NCBI GenBank assembly: GCA_964477715.1 | Contig: CAYZEC010000006.1 | Span: forward strand, 1 to 36,171 | Source of the DNA: an uncultured Candidatus Saccharibacteria bacterium | GTDB lineage: Bacteria; Patescibacteriota; Minisyncoccia; Minisyncoccales; UBA1441 | Direction of reading: 5' to 3' | DNA: 36,171 bases | In this document: positions 9,153 to 18,621 of the stretch, in pieces | Numbering within the stretch: position 1 is the stretch's first letter | How the letters are laid out: each line of letters opens with the position of its first letter | Made by a program: the position numbers and the translations under genes | The notes under the pieces: model-generated | Database searches by the model: none | Seen by the model: the letters and a program-made list of their open reading frames with translations, nothing else | Told to the model about the DNA's origin: nothing

Positions 9153-12100
9153 TTAAGGAGCTACTTCTTCATAACCTGGTAGACCGAAGACACCCGTTGT
9201 TGGCACAGCCTTAGTTAAGTCACAATAGAGCCCGGCTCCATCCGTCACGATCATCTTAACCGAACGTTGTGAAGCCGTTCCGCTGAAGATAACTAAGGGA
9301 TTCCTATCGGTTAAAGTCAATGGATATTGAACCTCCCCGTCAGTAATTTTGGCCTCTGGGAATGTCCAAACATAGCTAGAGCTCCCACCATAAACCCTTG
9401 AATTATCCGTAAATTGAGTTTCTTCCTCTAAAACTGGTGGCTCTGGTTCCCAAGAGAAATCCGGTTCGGGATAAGGATTGGCTGGCGTTACATATATTCC
9501 TTCATAAACAAACCAATCCGAAGAAACACTCTGGCTATCCTTAACTCTAATTCGCCATCGATATTCCTTGCCGTAATTCAGATAGTTAATAGGTATCGCA
9601 TAGGCCTCGCTGTTGCTATTAATCCATCCATTTGTTACTGGAATGTAGTTATTAAAGGCATCATTAGTAGCAAACTGTATTTCAAAAGCAGATTGGTTGA
9701 ATCCATCATCGCTAACAAACTTCCAATAAAGCGTTGGCTGAGTAGGATAAGGGCATGAACGACAATCGTTGGTACAAGTATTCGGATCCATGGTTAAGTC
9801 TTCTACTCGAGGCTTAGATGTTTCTATCTCTGACACTCTGAGATCGGTTACTTGAGCTTGAGCCGCTTCAGCCAGGCCTCGCTCAATAATGACCTTAGGA
9901 GTATAATCTCCCGCTGACCCATAAGTACAAACATCTTCTGCCACATAAGAATCGGCATCTAATCCGGTCATTCGATGGATCCAATTACCACACTGATTAA
10001 TCGCACCTTCAATATCAGCTCCAACATAATCACAATCACACCAGAAAGTGAAATTCGCCGGACCAATAGCCGTACTGTCAGGAGAAATAGATGCCGTCAG
10101 ATCAATGGTCAAAGGAGCATTGCCCGAAGCGGGATTGGCTGAAAGAGAAGCAGTTAATGTCTCTTCCTCCAGGACAGCTCCGATGGCGGTAACCTGTGTT
10201 GCCGCAGGGAAATTGCCTCCCTGGAACCAAAGATTGTCGATTGTGGCGTAAATAAAAGATTCTGGAACCTCCACTCTTATTTCTCCTATTCCCGGACCAA
10301 CTACCTCAACATAATGATACGATCCCTCTCGATAGGTAATTAAATTATCTGTAACTGACACTTCAACTTGGTCCAATGTTAAAGGGTTCGTGGCTGCTGC
10401 TCCGATTTGAGGATTAAAAATGTTATCATGGTTCACACCGAGAGAGCGAGCATTAATTTGATAAGGAGTTAAATATTCGTTATCGATTGATGTTAACTGG
10501 TTGTAATCATTTTCCGCATTATCAACCCAATCAATCGGTGGCGTATCCCAGACCGAACCAGTGAAAAACCACTCTCCCTCTGGTTCTCCTAATTCGATCC
10601 TTAAGATGTCGCCGACACCCAGGATATCTCCCCCATTTATTCTTTCGCCCGTTTCAATATCAATCAGATAGATTGGATAATCATTGGTAAAATTAATTCT
10701 AGCCCCCAATCCGATATGACTTGCAAAAACGCGGCTCCCTCCCGAGAAACCTGATTCATATATCCGATGGCAAGGATTGTTTTGAGGATGACGGATATTA
10801 TTGCAGATAGCGCTTCTTCCTTCTAAAACGCTAGTTTTCCTTTGGGTAGCTGTTTTGGTGTTAACCGTCACTGATCCATCTCTCAATTCCCCAGCTTGAA
10901 AGCGGGGAATCGTCGAAAGCTCCAATCTTTGCGCATAACTCCCAAGCCCTGAAATGATTCGATCAATAAAGCTTTGTTGAGAAGCTTGAGCCAAGAAAGG
11001 CATGAGCATTCCAGTCACCAAGATTAACCCCATCAATGCCATGCTTGTTGCTGATAACGGTTTTGCTGATTTTTTACGTCCTTTAAAGAGTAACCAAATG
11101 ACGATTAATAATGCCGCCAGACCAATCAGCCAGAACCAAACTGCCGAACCGGCCTTGTGCACATATTCCGCCTGATATGAGTTACTACCAGCTAATATTT
11201 TAACCTGATAAGAGTGACCAGCTATAAAATCAACATCTTCTCTTAAATCACTACCATAATAGGAAGGATTAAAATAGACTAAATTACCATCTTGATCTTT
11301 TATTTCAACTGCTAACCGAGTATCAGTTAAGCGACCGGCCATATCATAAGAGCCAACAATCAATTGCCCTCCTTGAACTTCCACCCTTAAATCAGCCATG
11401 TCGGTGAAGAGATTAATATCATAAAATAAATCAACCTGATCAATTAATTGATCGTTCTGATAAAGCTTGCCTCTTAGCCAAACTTGATTATAGTCTCGTC
11501 GAGTCGTAAATTCTGACAATCCGGCCATAATCGAAGGAGTAATCTCTCCCTCATAGTCCCAACGACTAATTTCATTTCCAATTTCATCTTCCAATAATAC
11601 CTCTATCCGTCCTTCGGTTCCATGAAAATCGTTTGTATTGTGGAAACAGACAAAGAAAGAATTGGCTTGGTTTCCTTTAATTGGGAAATCATTTAAAGCT
11701 AAAAAGTTAAACCGAGCTGGTGCATCAGATCCATTGACCACAAATCTTACTTTCAAGATTGACTGATCCGTTTGAGCCTCAAATAAATAAACCCCAGGAA
11801 CTAAATCAGAAATTGCTTGACTGCGAGCAATTACTTGCCCTGCTCCGACTGAAATCTCGCTTTCTTTTTCCCAAATTAGTTGATCTGGACCAACGCTGTC
11901 CCAATGATACAATTTCTCAATCATAGTGACTGTTCTATCCTGAGCAGACAAACTTTTTAAATTAAAAAACAGCTCAACTTGTTCTTCTTCCACAGTCGGA
12001 ATGAATCCTCGAGCTTGGAATGGTTGACTTCCAACCAAAACCGTTTCTTTGTCAAAATAAACCTCGTTAACTTCAACCTCTTCAAAGGTAAAATCGCTTA

Positions 12101-12632
12101 AACCACCGTGGACGCCCTCTGTAAAACTTAAACCGGAAAGGTTCATCTTTTCCGAGATTAAGAAATGACCGACCATAAAATAGGAACCACCCGCTAATCC
12201 TGCTGAGGCTTGCCAATCAAAGCCAATCTGTTTTTCGCTCAAAGCATTCAAAGTGATATCCTTGGTCGCCCAAAATTCATCAACCAAGTAATTACCAGTG
12301 TTGCTTAAGCCATCTGTCTTATTCCGGAAAACTTGAATAAACAAACCGCCATCAACTAAAGGATAATCATTATGATTACGCAAAGTCGCACTAACAATCA
12401 TTTTCTGATCCGGCATCAAAACTTCCTGCCCTAGGCCTAATTCTATCTCGACACTGTTAAAATGATAGTAATCGAAACAATTAATGCCCGTTAAAGAACT
12501 TTCCTCGCCAATAGATATTTCAATCAATTCATCTTCTTCTGAAATTTCGTCCGTTAATACTTCTCCTAAGGCTAAAAGAGGAGTGACTATTAAAGACAAA
12601 ACCACAGCTAACCCAAATATTTTTTTAAACAT
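9153..12632 (-). CDS. large surface protein with Ig/PKD-like beta-sandwich domains and a central TM pair
   Basis: Signal peptide, two hydrophobic helices at about aa 497-548, ASLSANPASGNAPLTIDL and PDFSWEP...QFTDNS...YVWTF PKD-like motifs. Confidence 0.75.
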   Translation of the reverse strand: MFKKIFGLAVVLSLIVTPLLALGEVLTDEISEEDELIEISIGEESSLTGINCFDYYHFNSVEIELGLGQEVLMPDQKMIVSATLRNHNDYPLVDGGLFIQVFRNKTDGLSNTGNYLVDEFWATKDITLNALSEKQIGFDWQASAGLAGGSYFMVGHFLISEKMNLSGLSFTEGVHGGLSDFTFEEVEVNEVYFDKETVLVGSQPFQARGFIPTVEEEQVELFFNLKSLSAQDRTVTMIEKLYHWDSVGPDQLIWEKESEISVGAGQVIARSQAISDLVPGVYLFEAQTDQSILKVRFVVNGSDAPARFNFLALNDFPIKGNQANSFFVCFHNTNDFHGTEGRIEVLLEDEIGNEISRWDYEGEITPSIMAGLSEFTTRRDYNQVWLRGKLYQNDQLIDQVDLFYDINLFTDMADLRVEVQGGQLIVGSYDMAGRLTDTRLAVEIKDQDGNLVYFNPSYYGSDLREDVDFIAGHSYQVKILAGSNSYQAEYVHKAGSAVWFWLIGLAALLIVIWLLFKGRKKSAKPLSATSMALMGLILVTGMLMPFLAQASQQSFIDRIISGLGSYAQRLELSTIPRFQAGELRDGSVTVNTKTATQRKTSVLEGRSAICNNIRHPQNNPCHRIYESGFSGGSRVFASHIGLGARINFTNDYPIYLIDIETGERINGGDILGVGDILRIELGEPEGEWFFTGSVWDTPPIDWVDNAENDYNQLTSIDNEYLTPYQINARSLGVNHDNIFNPQIGAAATNPLTLDQVEVSVTDNLITYREGSYHYVEVVGPGIGEIRVEVPESFIYATIDNLWFQGGNFPAATQVTAIGAVLEEETLTASLSANPASGNAPLTIDLTASISPDSTAIGPANFTFWCDCDYVGADIEGAINQCGNWIHRMTGLDADSYVAEDVCTYGSAGDYTPKVIIERGLAEAAQAQVTDLRVSEIETSKPRVEDLTMDPNTCTNDCRSCPYPTQPTLYWKFVSDDGFNQSAFEIQFATNDAFNNYIPVTNGWINSNSEAYAIPINYLNYGKEYRWRIRVKDSQSVSSDWFVYEGIYVTPANPYPEPDFSWEPEPPVLEEETQFTDNSRVYGGSSSYVWTFPEAKITDGEVQYPLTLTDRNPLVIFSGTASQRSVKMIVTDGAGLYCDLTKAVPTTGVFGLPGYEEVAP

Positions 12633-12704
12633 ATTCGCTTTTTATTAATAACTCACTTCATTGTAATACAAAGAGTAGGATAAGGCAAGTAAAAACCCTC
12701 CTCC

Positions 12705-13181
12705 CTAAACATCAGGGAAGAGGGGAACTTTCCATTCCGGGAACGTAGAGCCTTTCGCGCTGAAGAAGCGGAAAAGCCTTTCGTCGCTCGCTCTCCTCAA
12801 GCCGAACGCCCCAGCGATGTGCTTTGCGATTCTGGCTTGATCTACTTTTCTTCTCGGCCATCGAGCAGTCGAGAACGCAAGCGGCTTCATTATTCTTCCA
12901 CAGCTCTTGTGATCGATTGCACATCTCTGGCAATAAGCACCAGGGAAAATGGTGAAATCTCCGTCCGAGCTCTGGTAGAATACCAGAAATTGAGCACCCT
13001 CCTGCCCACAGCTGGTGCAAGAAGGACCAATTCTGTCTTCTCCTTGCTGGATAAGCCAGGCGGCGTGTCTGTTCCCTGCTTGAGCCAATAAAGACACATA
13101 GCGAGGATCAGTAAACATCAACCGCTCCAATGACTTCCCGGCATGAATCCCAGTTTGCAACACAAACTGACGAACCGTCAT
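12705..13181 (-). CDS. hypothetical protein with two CxxC motifs (possible Zn-binding)
   Basis: SD GGGAGGAGG; CTSC and CQRC. Confidence 0.65.
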   Translation of the reverse strand: MTVRQFVLQTGIHAGKSLERLMFTDPRYVSLLAQAGNRHAAWLIQQGEDRIGPSCTSCGQEGAQFLVFYQSSDGDFTIFPGAYCQRCAIDHKSCGRIMKPLAFSTARWPRRKVDQARIAKHIAGAFGLRRASDERLFRFFSAKGSTFPEWKVPLFPDV

Positions 13182-13235
13182 TATAACCTCCCTCCTAGCA
13201 ACGATACCCTCTTATAACACAATTAAGAAATAGAG

Positions 13236-14015
13236 TCAAGAATAATCAATTATTGAAAAAATTTCATTCTGCTTTAAAAACTCCCTGAGCATATTATTCA
13301 TTACCGGTACAACCAATTGACTCCGATAAGCCTCAAATGCTTCTCTTTTTACGCCCTGATCAATTTTAGAGATATGAAAAACGCGCCAATCCTCATTCAT
13401 CATCAGATTCAGCGGTGGCAATAGATAATTGTCCTGTTTCCGATTTTTCTTTAAAGATGTTTCTGGAAAACGATGATAATGAACTAAATATTGATAAAGT
13501 ATTATTTTGTTTTTTCGAGCTGAAATATCAGCCACTTGACCAATCGCAGCATGATCACGATGAGTGTCCTGAATGTGAGGAGCAATAATTAAATGAGGAT
13601 TAATCTTTCGAATCAATTTATCTAAATTATGTTGTAATTCTTCTAATCTTCCAGTTCTCAACGATCCATCCGAATAATGCCAATAAAATCGACGGTGAGA
13701 GGGAATTCCTAAGACTGAACAAGCTTGGCGAAATTCCCGAAAACGCCTTTTAGATATTCCCCTTTTATTCCCATCAGTCACCAAAACTACCCATATTTCA
13801 GAACCCATTCTGGACGCCTTAGCAATATATCCTCCCGCTCCGATCGTTTCATCATCAGGGTGAGGGGCTAAAACCAAAACCCTTTGCCCTCTTTCAGGCT
13901 GATTCAATCTAGCGATTAAATAGATTAGAGATTGAGGAATGGTTTGACCATACCAGAATATAATCAGCCCCAATAAAAATAAAGCAGCTAAAAATAATCC
14001 TAGAGATAAGAACAT
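13236..14015 (-). CDS. PIG-L/LmbE family deacetylase
   Basis: LVLAPHPDDETIGAGG, VTDG, DTHRDH. Confidence 0.92.
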   Translation of the reverse strand: MFLSLGLFLAALFLLGLIIFWYGQTIPQSLIYLIARLNQPERGQRVLVLAPHPDDETIGAGGYIAKASRMGSEIWVVLVTDGNKRGISKRRFREFRQACSVLGIPSHRRFYWHYSDGSLRTGRLEELQHNLDKLIRKINPHLIIAPHIQDTHRDHAAIGQVADISARKNKIILYQYLVHYHRFPETSLKKNRKQDNYLLPPLNLMMNEDWRVFHISKIDQGVKREAFEAYRSQLVVPVMNNMLREFLKQNEIFSIIDYS

Positions 14016-14127
14016 ATTTTATTATATCTTAAAAAAGAGCTGAAAAACAAGTTAAATGTTTTATCCAACAGGAATAAATTAAACCAAAAAGCCGAACTTG
14101 ATAAGCTCGGCTTTGATAGAACGTCTC

Positions 14128-14742
14128 TTATTTCAGCTCGAAGCTAGCCACTACTCGATCGAATAATTCCTGCCCCTCTGCCCAATCATCTGTGGGAAGA
14201 TTGATGCCAATATTCCAGATATATTCTCCATCATCAAAGAAAGTCGTTGCTGTTACCGATTGATACTGATCCCAATCAACCTCCATCTCGAGGTATCGAG
14301 CTGGAAGCTCCAATACTGTTCTTTCTTCGTCCGCTCTGACGACAACACTATCTTCTCCCATAAGCTCCATCTGCTCTTCTAAGAAACCCATAATTTCTTC
14401 CATGTGCTCATCAAGAGGTTTTTCTTCGTTTAAAAATCTTTGGATCGTTAATTCCGTCCAAACAGTCTCTGATGACATTTCTTCTTCTGTTCCAGTAACT
14501 AAAAAGGCTGAAAACACATCTCCGCTTCCTTCATAACCATACCATCCTTCTGGCAACAAAACGCTAAAATCTTCTGTTTCAAAGATTGTATCTTGTTCAA
14601 CTCCAACCCAATCAACTTCTGGTTGCTCATTTTCATCAACAACTGGCTCTGGCTCTACTTGGCTACCAGAAAAAGCCAAGAGAATAACCATTATTAAGAC
14701 CAATGCAACGACTAATGCAACAACTACGATTTTTTTATTCAT
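14128..14742 (-). CDS. acidic membrane-anchored exported protein (possibly PsbP-like fold)
   Basis: N-terminal TM, FSVLLPEGW, C-terminal FDRVVASFELK. Confidence 0.6.
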   Translation of the reverse strand: MNKKIVVVALVVALVLIMVILLAFSGSQVEPEPVVDENEQPEVDWVGVEQDTIFETEDFSVLLPEGWYGYEGSGDVFSAFLVTGTEEEMSSETVWTELTIQRFLNEEKPLDEHMEEIMGFLEEQMELMGEDSVVVRADEERTVLELPARYLEMEVDWDQYQSVTATTFFDDGEYIWNIGINLPTDDWAEGQELFDRVVASFELK

Positions 14743-14864
14743 ATATCTTTTTTAATTAAAACACTATTATGTTGTCAGTATAACGAATTATAATTTAAAT
14801 TCAAATTAACTTTTACTTCGCGGAATAAATTACTGTAACAAATAAAATCCGTTATAATAAATTC

Positions 14865-15827
14865 ATGTCCAAGTTATTAATTATTCCCATTCTGATTGTT
14901 CTTGGATTAACTATCTTCCCATTATCGATTGATCATATTTCACCCCCAGAACAAGAAACCCCCTCCCCCGAAATTAGATTATTCTTCGTAGGAGATATTA
15001 TGCTTGATCGCGGAGTTGCTTTTTACATGCAAGAAAATCAAGACTGGTTTTGGCCATTTCGAAGAATTGCTGACTTCCTGAGAAAAGCTGATCTTGTTTT
15101 TGGTAATCTTGAAAGCATGATCTCCGACAAAGGAACTAACGTTGGAAGCATTTATTCTTTTCGCGCTGATCCGGCAGTCATTCCCGGATTGAAGTTCGCC
15201 GGATTCGATATTGTTTCTGTAGCCAATAATCATAGCTTTGACTATACTCGGTCCGCTTTCGAAGACACTCTTCATCGCTTAACTGAATCTGGAATTAATT
15301 ATGTCGGAGGAGGATTTTCCGACCCAGAATCTCGTTCTCCTGTAATAAAAACCATCGCCGAAACTAAAATTGCTTTCTTGGGCTATTCTAGCGTTGGTTC
15401 GTCCTCTTGGCAGGCAACATCAGAAACCCCTGGCATTGCCTGGTTGGACATTGAAGAAATAGAAAGATTTAAGCAAGATATCTACTCCGCTCAAGAGAAA
15501 TCAGACATTCTGATTGTTTCTATCCACTTTGGAGAAGAATATCAATTTGAACCAAGTCCAAGCCAAAGAATTTTAGCCGAAACAGCCATTGAAGCCGGAG
15601 CCGATCTAGTTGTCGGCCACCATCCTCACGTTCTCCAACCGCTCGAGCAATATCACCAAGGATGGATCGCCTACAGTTTAGGTAATTTTATTTTCGATCA
15701 ATATTTTTCTTCTGAAACTATGAAATCTGCTATTTTAGAAGTAACTGTTCAAGACAAAAACATCACCAACCTAAATCTTATTCCGGTTGCTTTGACTGAA
15801 GAGTATCAAGTTTATTTGAGCAATTAA
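14865..15827 (+). CDS. CapA/PgsA-family metallophosphatase-like protein
   Basis: FVGDIMLDR, GNLES, SVANNHSFDY, SIHFGEEY, GHHPHVLQ, YSLGNFIF. Confidence 0.92.
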   Translation: MSKLLIIPILIVLGLTIFPLSIDHISPPEQETPSPEIRLFFVGDIMLDRGVAFYMQENQDWFWPFRRIADFLRKADLVFGNLESMISDKGTNVGSIYSFRADPAVIPGLKFAGFDIVSVANNHSFDYTRSAFEDTLHRLTESGINYVGGGFSDPESRSPVIKTIAETKIAFLGYSSVGSSSWQATSETPGIAWLDIEEIERFKQDIYSAQEKSDILIVSIHFGEEYQFEPSPSQRILAETAIEAGADLVVGHHPHVLQPLEQYHQGWIAYSLGNFIFDQYFSSETMKSAILEVTVQDKNITNLNLIPVALTEEYQVYLSN

Positions 15828-16495
15828 ATATTTGGATCAAGCGGTAAGCTCCGATTCAGAGACTTTTCTTTTTTCCAAACAATTGAACCCCAAAGAACGT
15901 AAAATATGATTGATCCGATTCCGGGAGTCAACAGGGCTAAGGCCCACCATTCCGGACAATTAATCCGAGTACAAATCTTTAAATGCCAGAAGAAGATGAA
16001 AACTGACAAAGCGGTTATAGAGAATATATTGACCACCGGAATGAAGAAGGTCAGGATTAATAACATGGGCCACCAGTGCATCTTAGCCATTCGGCTCATC
16101 AAATAAAGATTAAAGAGCGGGATCCAGGCAAACCAAGCATGACGAACACCTAATTTTTGAGCTAATTTCATATAAACTAAAGAAACGTAAACGTACATGC
16201 CTATTATCATCAATATAATCAGCGGAATAAAGAAAACCATCAACGTGGCAAAAATCGTTAAAAAGGTTTCTAATTTTTCAACTCCTGCTGGGATCCTGGT
16301 TGTTTCCTCTAAAAAATTAGTAAGAGCAACGCCCGATATATCATATAAATCATAATCCATGAGATTCTCTCCATCGATTATGGAGTCGAAAGATTCTTCT
16401 AGTGAAATTTCAGCAGAAGTAGGACTCGAGATAATCATTAGTCCAAATAAAATCAAACTAATGATCGATATTAATTTAAAGGCACTTTTTTCCAT
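15824..16495 (-). CDS. multi-TM membrane protein (DUF5684-like)
   Basis: KLGVRHAWFAWIPLFNLY motif and several TM helices. Confidence 0.65.
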   Translation of the reverse strand: MEKSAFKLISIISLILFGLMIISSPTSAEISLEESFDSIIDGENLMDYDLYDISGVALTNFLEETTRIPAGVEKLETFLTIFATLMVFFIPLIILMIIGMYVYVSLVYMKLAQKLGVRHAWFAWIPLFNLYLMSRMAKMHWWPMLLILTFFIPVVNIFSITALSVFIFFWHLKICTRINCPEWWALALLTPGIGSIIFYVLWGSIVWKKEKSLNRSLPLDPNI

Positions 16496-16587
16496 AAAAA
16501 ATAAGATTAATTGAACTTATTGTATCACAAACATGATAATAAATAATCATCCTCTTGCGATTTTTAAAAAGCATGGTAATGTAAAGG

Positions 16588-16728
16588 TATCAGGATTTAC
16601 CTCCTATGGGTCTCTGGAGCGAGAGAGCGGTAACGTTTCTGCGCGCAAGAGCTAGGCACAAGCCTAAACGGTGCCGCCTCTCTCTCCAGATCGACAAAGA
16701 CTCTCGTGTGGGTACGCGAGAGTTTTTC
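16588..16728 (+). ncRNA. candidate structured sRNA 1
   Basis: TTGCGA-N16-TAATGT promoter; long stem 16613-16630/16674-16690 enclosing TAGGC-ACAA-GCCTA; terminator at 16697-16727. Confidence 0.5.
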
Positions 16729-16765
16729 ATATATTGACCGCCGAAAAATCCATGATACAATGGAG

Positions 16766-16862
16766 CTAGGAAGAAATGCCCATCCCGATCTCAAAAATGT
16801 CGGATCAAGCTTTCTTCCGATGGTATAGGACTCTCGCTGTATGCGAGAGTCTTTTCTTTTTT
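16766..16862 (+). ncRNA. candidate sRNA 2
   Basis: TTGACC-N16-TACAAT (16734-16761); stem GGAAGAAA/TTTCTTCC; terminator at 16827-16862. Confidence 0.5.
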
Positions 16863-16985
16863 AATAAGATATAAATCAAATCCTTCCTTTAAAAAGATCT
16901 GATAATAATATGATTCTCTGTGAATCTTCTTCTTGAAATACAAGTGTGTTGCTTGACAAATAAGATAAATAAAATATAATTAATG

Positions 16986-17104
16986 ACTGTTGTATCGAGA
17001 AAAGGGAGAGAGGGGTCAACGAACCCGAACGAATCACCACCTGGACACGAACACGACCCCTCCTCCCCACATGTATCCTCGCTATGTAGCGGGGATTTTT
17101 CTTT
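16986..17104 (+). ncRNA. candidate sRNA 3
   Basis: TTGACA-N16-TATAAT (16953-16980); stem 17004-17017/17055-17067 with a 37-nt A/C-rich loop; terminator at 17075-17100. Confidence 0.6.
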
Positions 17105-17159
17105 ATATAAAACAAAAAAGAACGGAATTGCACACCTTCCGTTCTTTTGTTTTTGAGAA

Positions 17160-17429
17160 TTAGTAGCGACGATCGTCGCGGGGTTTGGGCGGCTTGGCCT
17201 CGCTTACAGCGATGGTGCGGCTGCCTAATTGATGACCATCTAATTCAGTGATTGCCTTAGCGGCATCCTCTTCATTCTTATAGGTCACAAATCCGAAACC
17301 TTTGGATCGGCCAGCGTGGTCGGTGATAATAATCGCCTCTTCCACTTCGCCTAGACCAGCAAAGAGCGATTTAAGCTCATCTTCGGTCGTATTCCAATCA
17401 AGGCTTCCAACAAAAAGCTTTTTTGGCAT
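17160..17429 (-). CDS. RRM-domain RNA-binding protein
   Basis: RNP2 LFVGSL, RNP1 KGFGFVTY. Confidence 0.95.
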   Translation of the reverse strand: MPKKLFVGSLDWNTTEDELKSLFAGLGEVEEAIIITDHAGRSKGFGFVTYKNEEDAAKAITELDGHQLGSRTIAVSEAKPPKPRDDRRY

Positions 17430-17561
17430 AAATTTAATTAACTAATATAGACTACACTTTAACCCCGTGTTTCGATACGTCGTAGAACTAATTGTGCGCA
17501 TTCTTTCTACTTTCTCAGAAAGACGAAGTTACGGCTCAGTATGATATATCTACTGATAAAG

Positions 17562-17819
17562 TCAAGGAGTAATTTCTGGTTCTGGCAAGTTATCGGCAGG
17601 AAGATCAGGTTGTATCTCTTCCTCGACACATGGCTCCTCCCAAATTCTGAGACATTTCTGCTTCGGCTCACACCAACTATAACCAGCAGCTATTAAACAG
17701 CCATGCTCATCTGTTTCACCGCCAATTAATGGCTCTTCTCCTTGATTTCGAGCCAATAACCACCATAATCCAGCAGCAATAATTAAAATAATAACTAACC
17801 AAATAATTATTTTTTTCAT
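17562..17819 (-). CDS. small membrane-anchored Cys-rich protein
   Basis: TM followed by GGETDEHGCLIAAGYSWCEPKQKCLRIWEEPC. Confidence 0.8.
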   Translation of the reverse strand: MKKIIIWLVIILIIAAGLWWLLARNQGEEPLIGGETDEHGCLIAAGYSWCEPKQKCLRIWEEPCVEEEIQPDLPADNLPEPEITP

Positions 17820-17891
17820 ATGTTTTAATTAATAATTGAAACGATTGCTATTTTACTCCCGACCTAAAGAAAGTCAAAGTTTTAGACGCTA

Positions 17892-18539
17892 TCAAGATTG
17901 TGAATTGTGAAAATAATCTGCTATTGCTAACTCGAGATCAATTAGCTGTTCTACTATTCTAAAATATCTACCTTTTTCTAATTGTTCGCGCTTATTGAAT
18001 CCCCAAGTAACTCCTATTACCTGAACATCAACTTGCTCTGCTTCGCGCATATCACCTAAAGTATCGGTTACAAAAACACAATTTTTGGATTCAAGATTGT
18101 GCTTAGAGAAAATTGTATTCATTTTCACAACTTTGCTATGGTGAATATCGTTACCCATTATCTCTACAAAACAATCAGCTAGGCTATATTTTTTCAGAAA
18201 TTCTTGGATCCCTTTAGTAATAGTTGAAGAAATGATAAATAATTTATATTCTTGGGTCAATCTTGTAATCAATTCATCCATCTCATTAAATAATTTTACT
18301 TCTTCTTTCATTCTGGGAATATAGTGGTCAAAAAAATCGTAGCTCCCATTATATCCAACTGCCGCTAGACGATCAGCCCAACCCCAATCATTAACATTGC
18401 CTTCCAGAATTTGACGATAATCATCTTTTGTCATATCAGTAAAGACGGATTTATGAATATCGAATGCTGTTTGGAAAGAATCGGCAATTACTCCATCAAA
18501 ATCAAAGAAAATAGACTTCTTTATTTCAGATTCATTCAT
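17892..18539 (-). CDS. HAD-family hydrolase
   Basis: Motif I FDFDGVIADS, FVTDTLGD, IGVTWGF. Confidence 0.92.
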   Translation of the reverse strand: MNESEIKKSIFFDFDGVIADSFQTAFDIHKSVFTDMTKDDYRQILEGNVNDWGWADRLAAVGYNGSYDFFDHYIPRMKEEVKLFNEMDELITRLTQEYKLFIISSTITKGIQEFLKKYSLADCFVEIMGNDIHHSKVVKMNTIFSKHNLESKNCVFVTDTLGDMREAEQVDVQVIGVTWGFNKREQLEKGRYFRIVEQLIDLELAIADYFHNSQS

Positions 18540-18554
18540 TCTTAAAAAAATAAG

Positions 18555-18596
18555 TTACGGACATGCTAATCGGACATATGTCCGATATTGTCCGTA
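18555..18596. promoter_or_regulatory. second TGTCCG cluster with an 18-bp perfect palindrome
   Basis: TTACGGACAT at 18555; ATCGGACATATGTCCGAT at 18569-18586; TGTCCGTA at 18589. Confidence 0.7.
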
Positions 18597-18621
18597 TTCA
18601 AAAATTATCTCTAAACTAGAA

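Noticed and set aside
17026-17033. CGAACGAA in sRNA 3 complementary to TTCGTTCG in the 21.2-kb leader
   Set aside because: An 8-nt match is within chance expectation for a window of this size.
16597-17133. Minus-strand 65-aa and 85-aa ORFs, and likewise 19558-19791
   Set aside because: Non-ATG starts, no RBS, and they run antisense through promoter- and terminator-bounded structured units.
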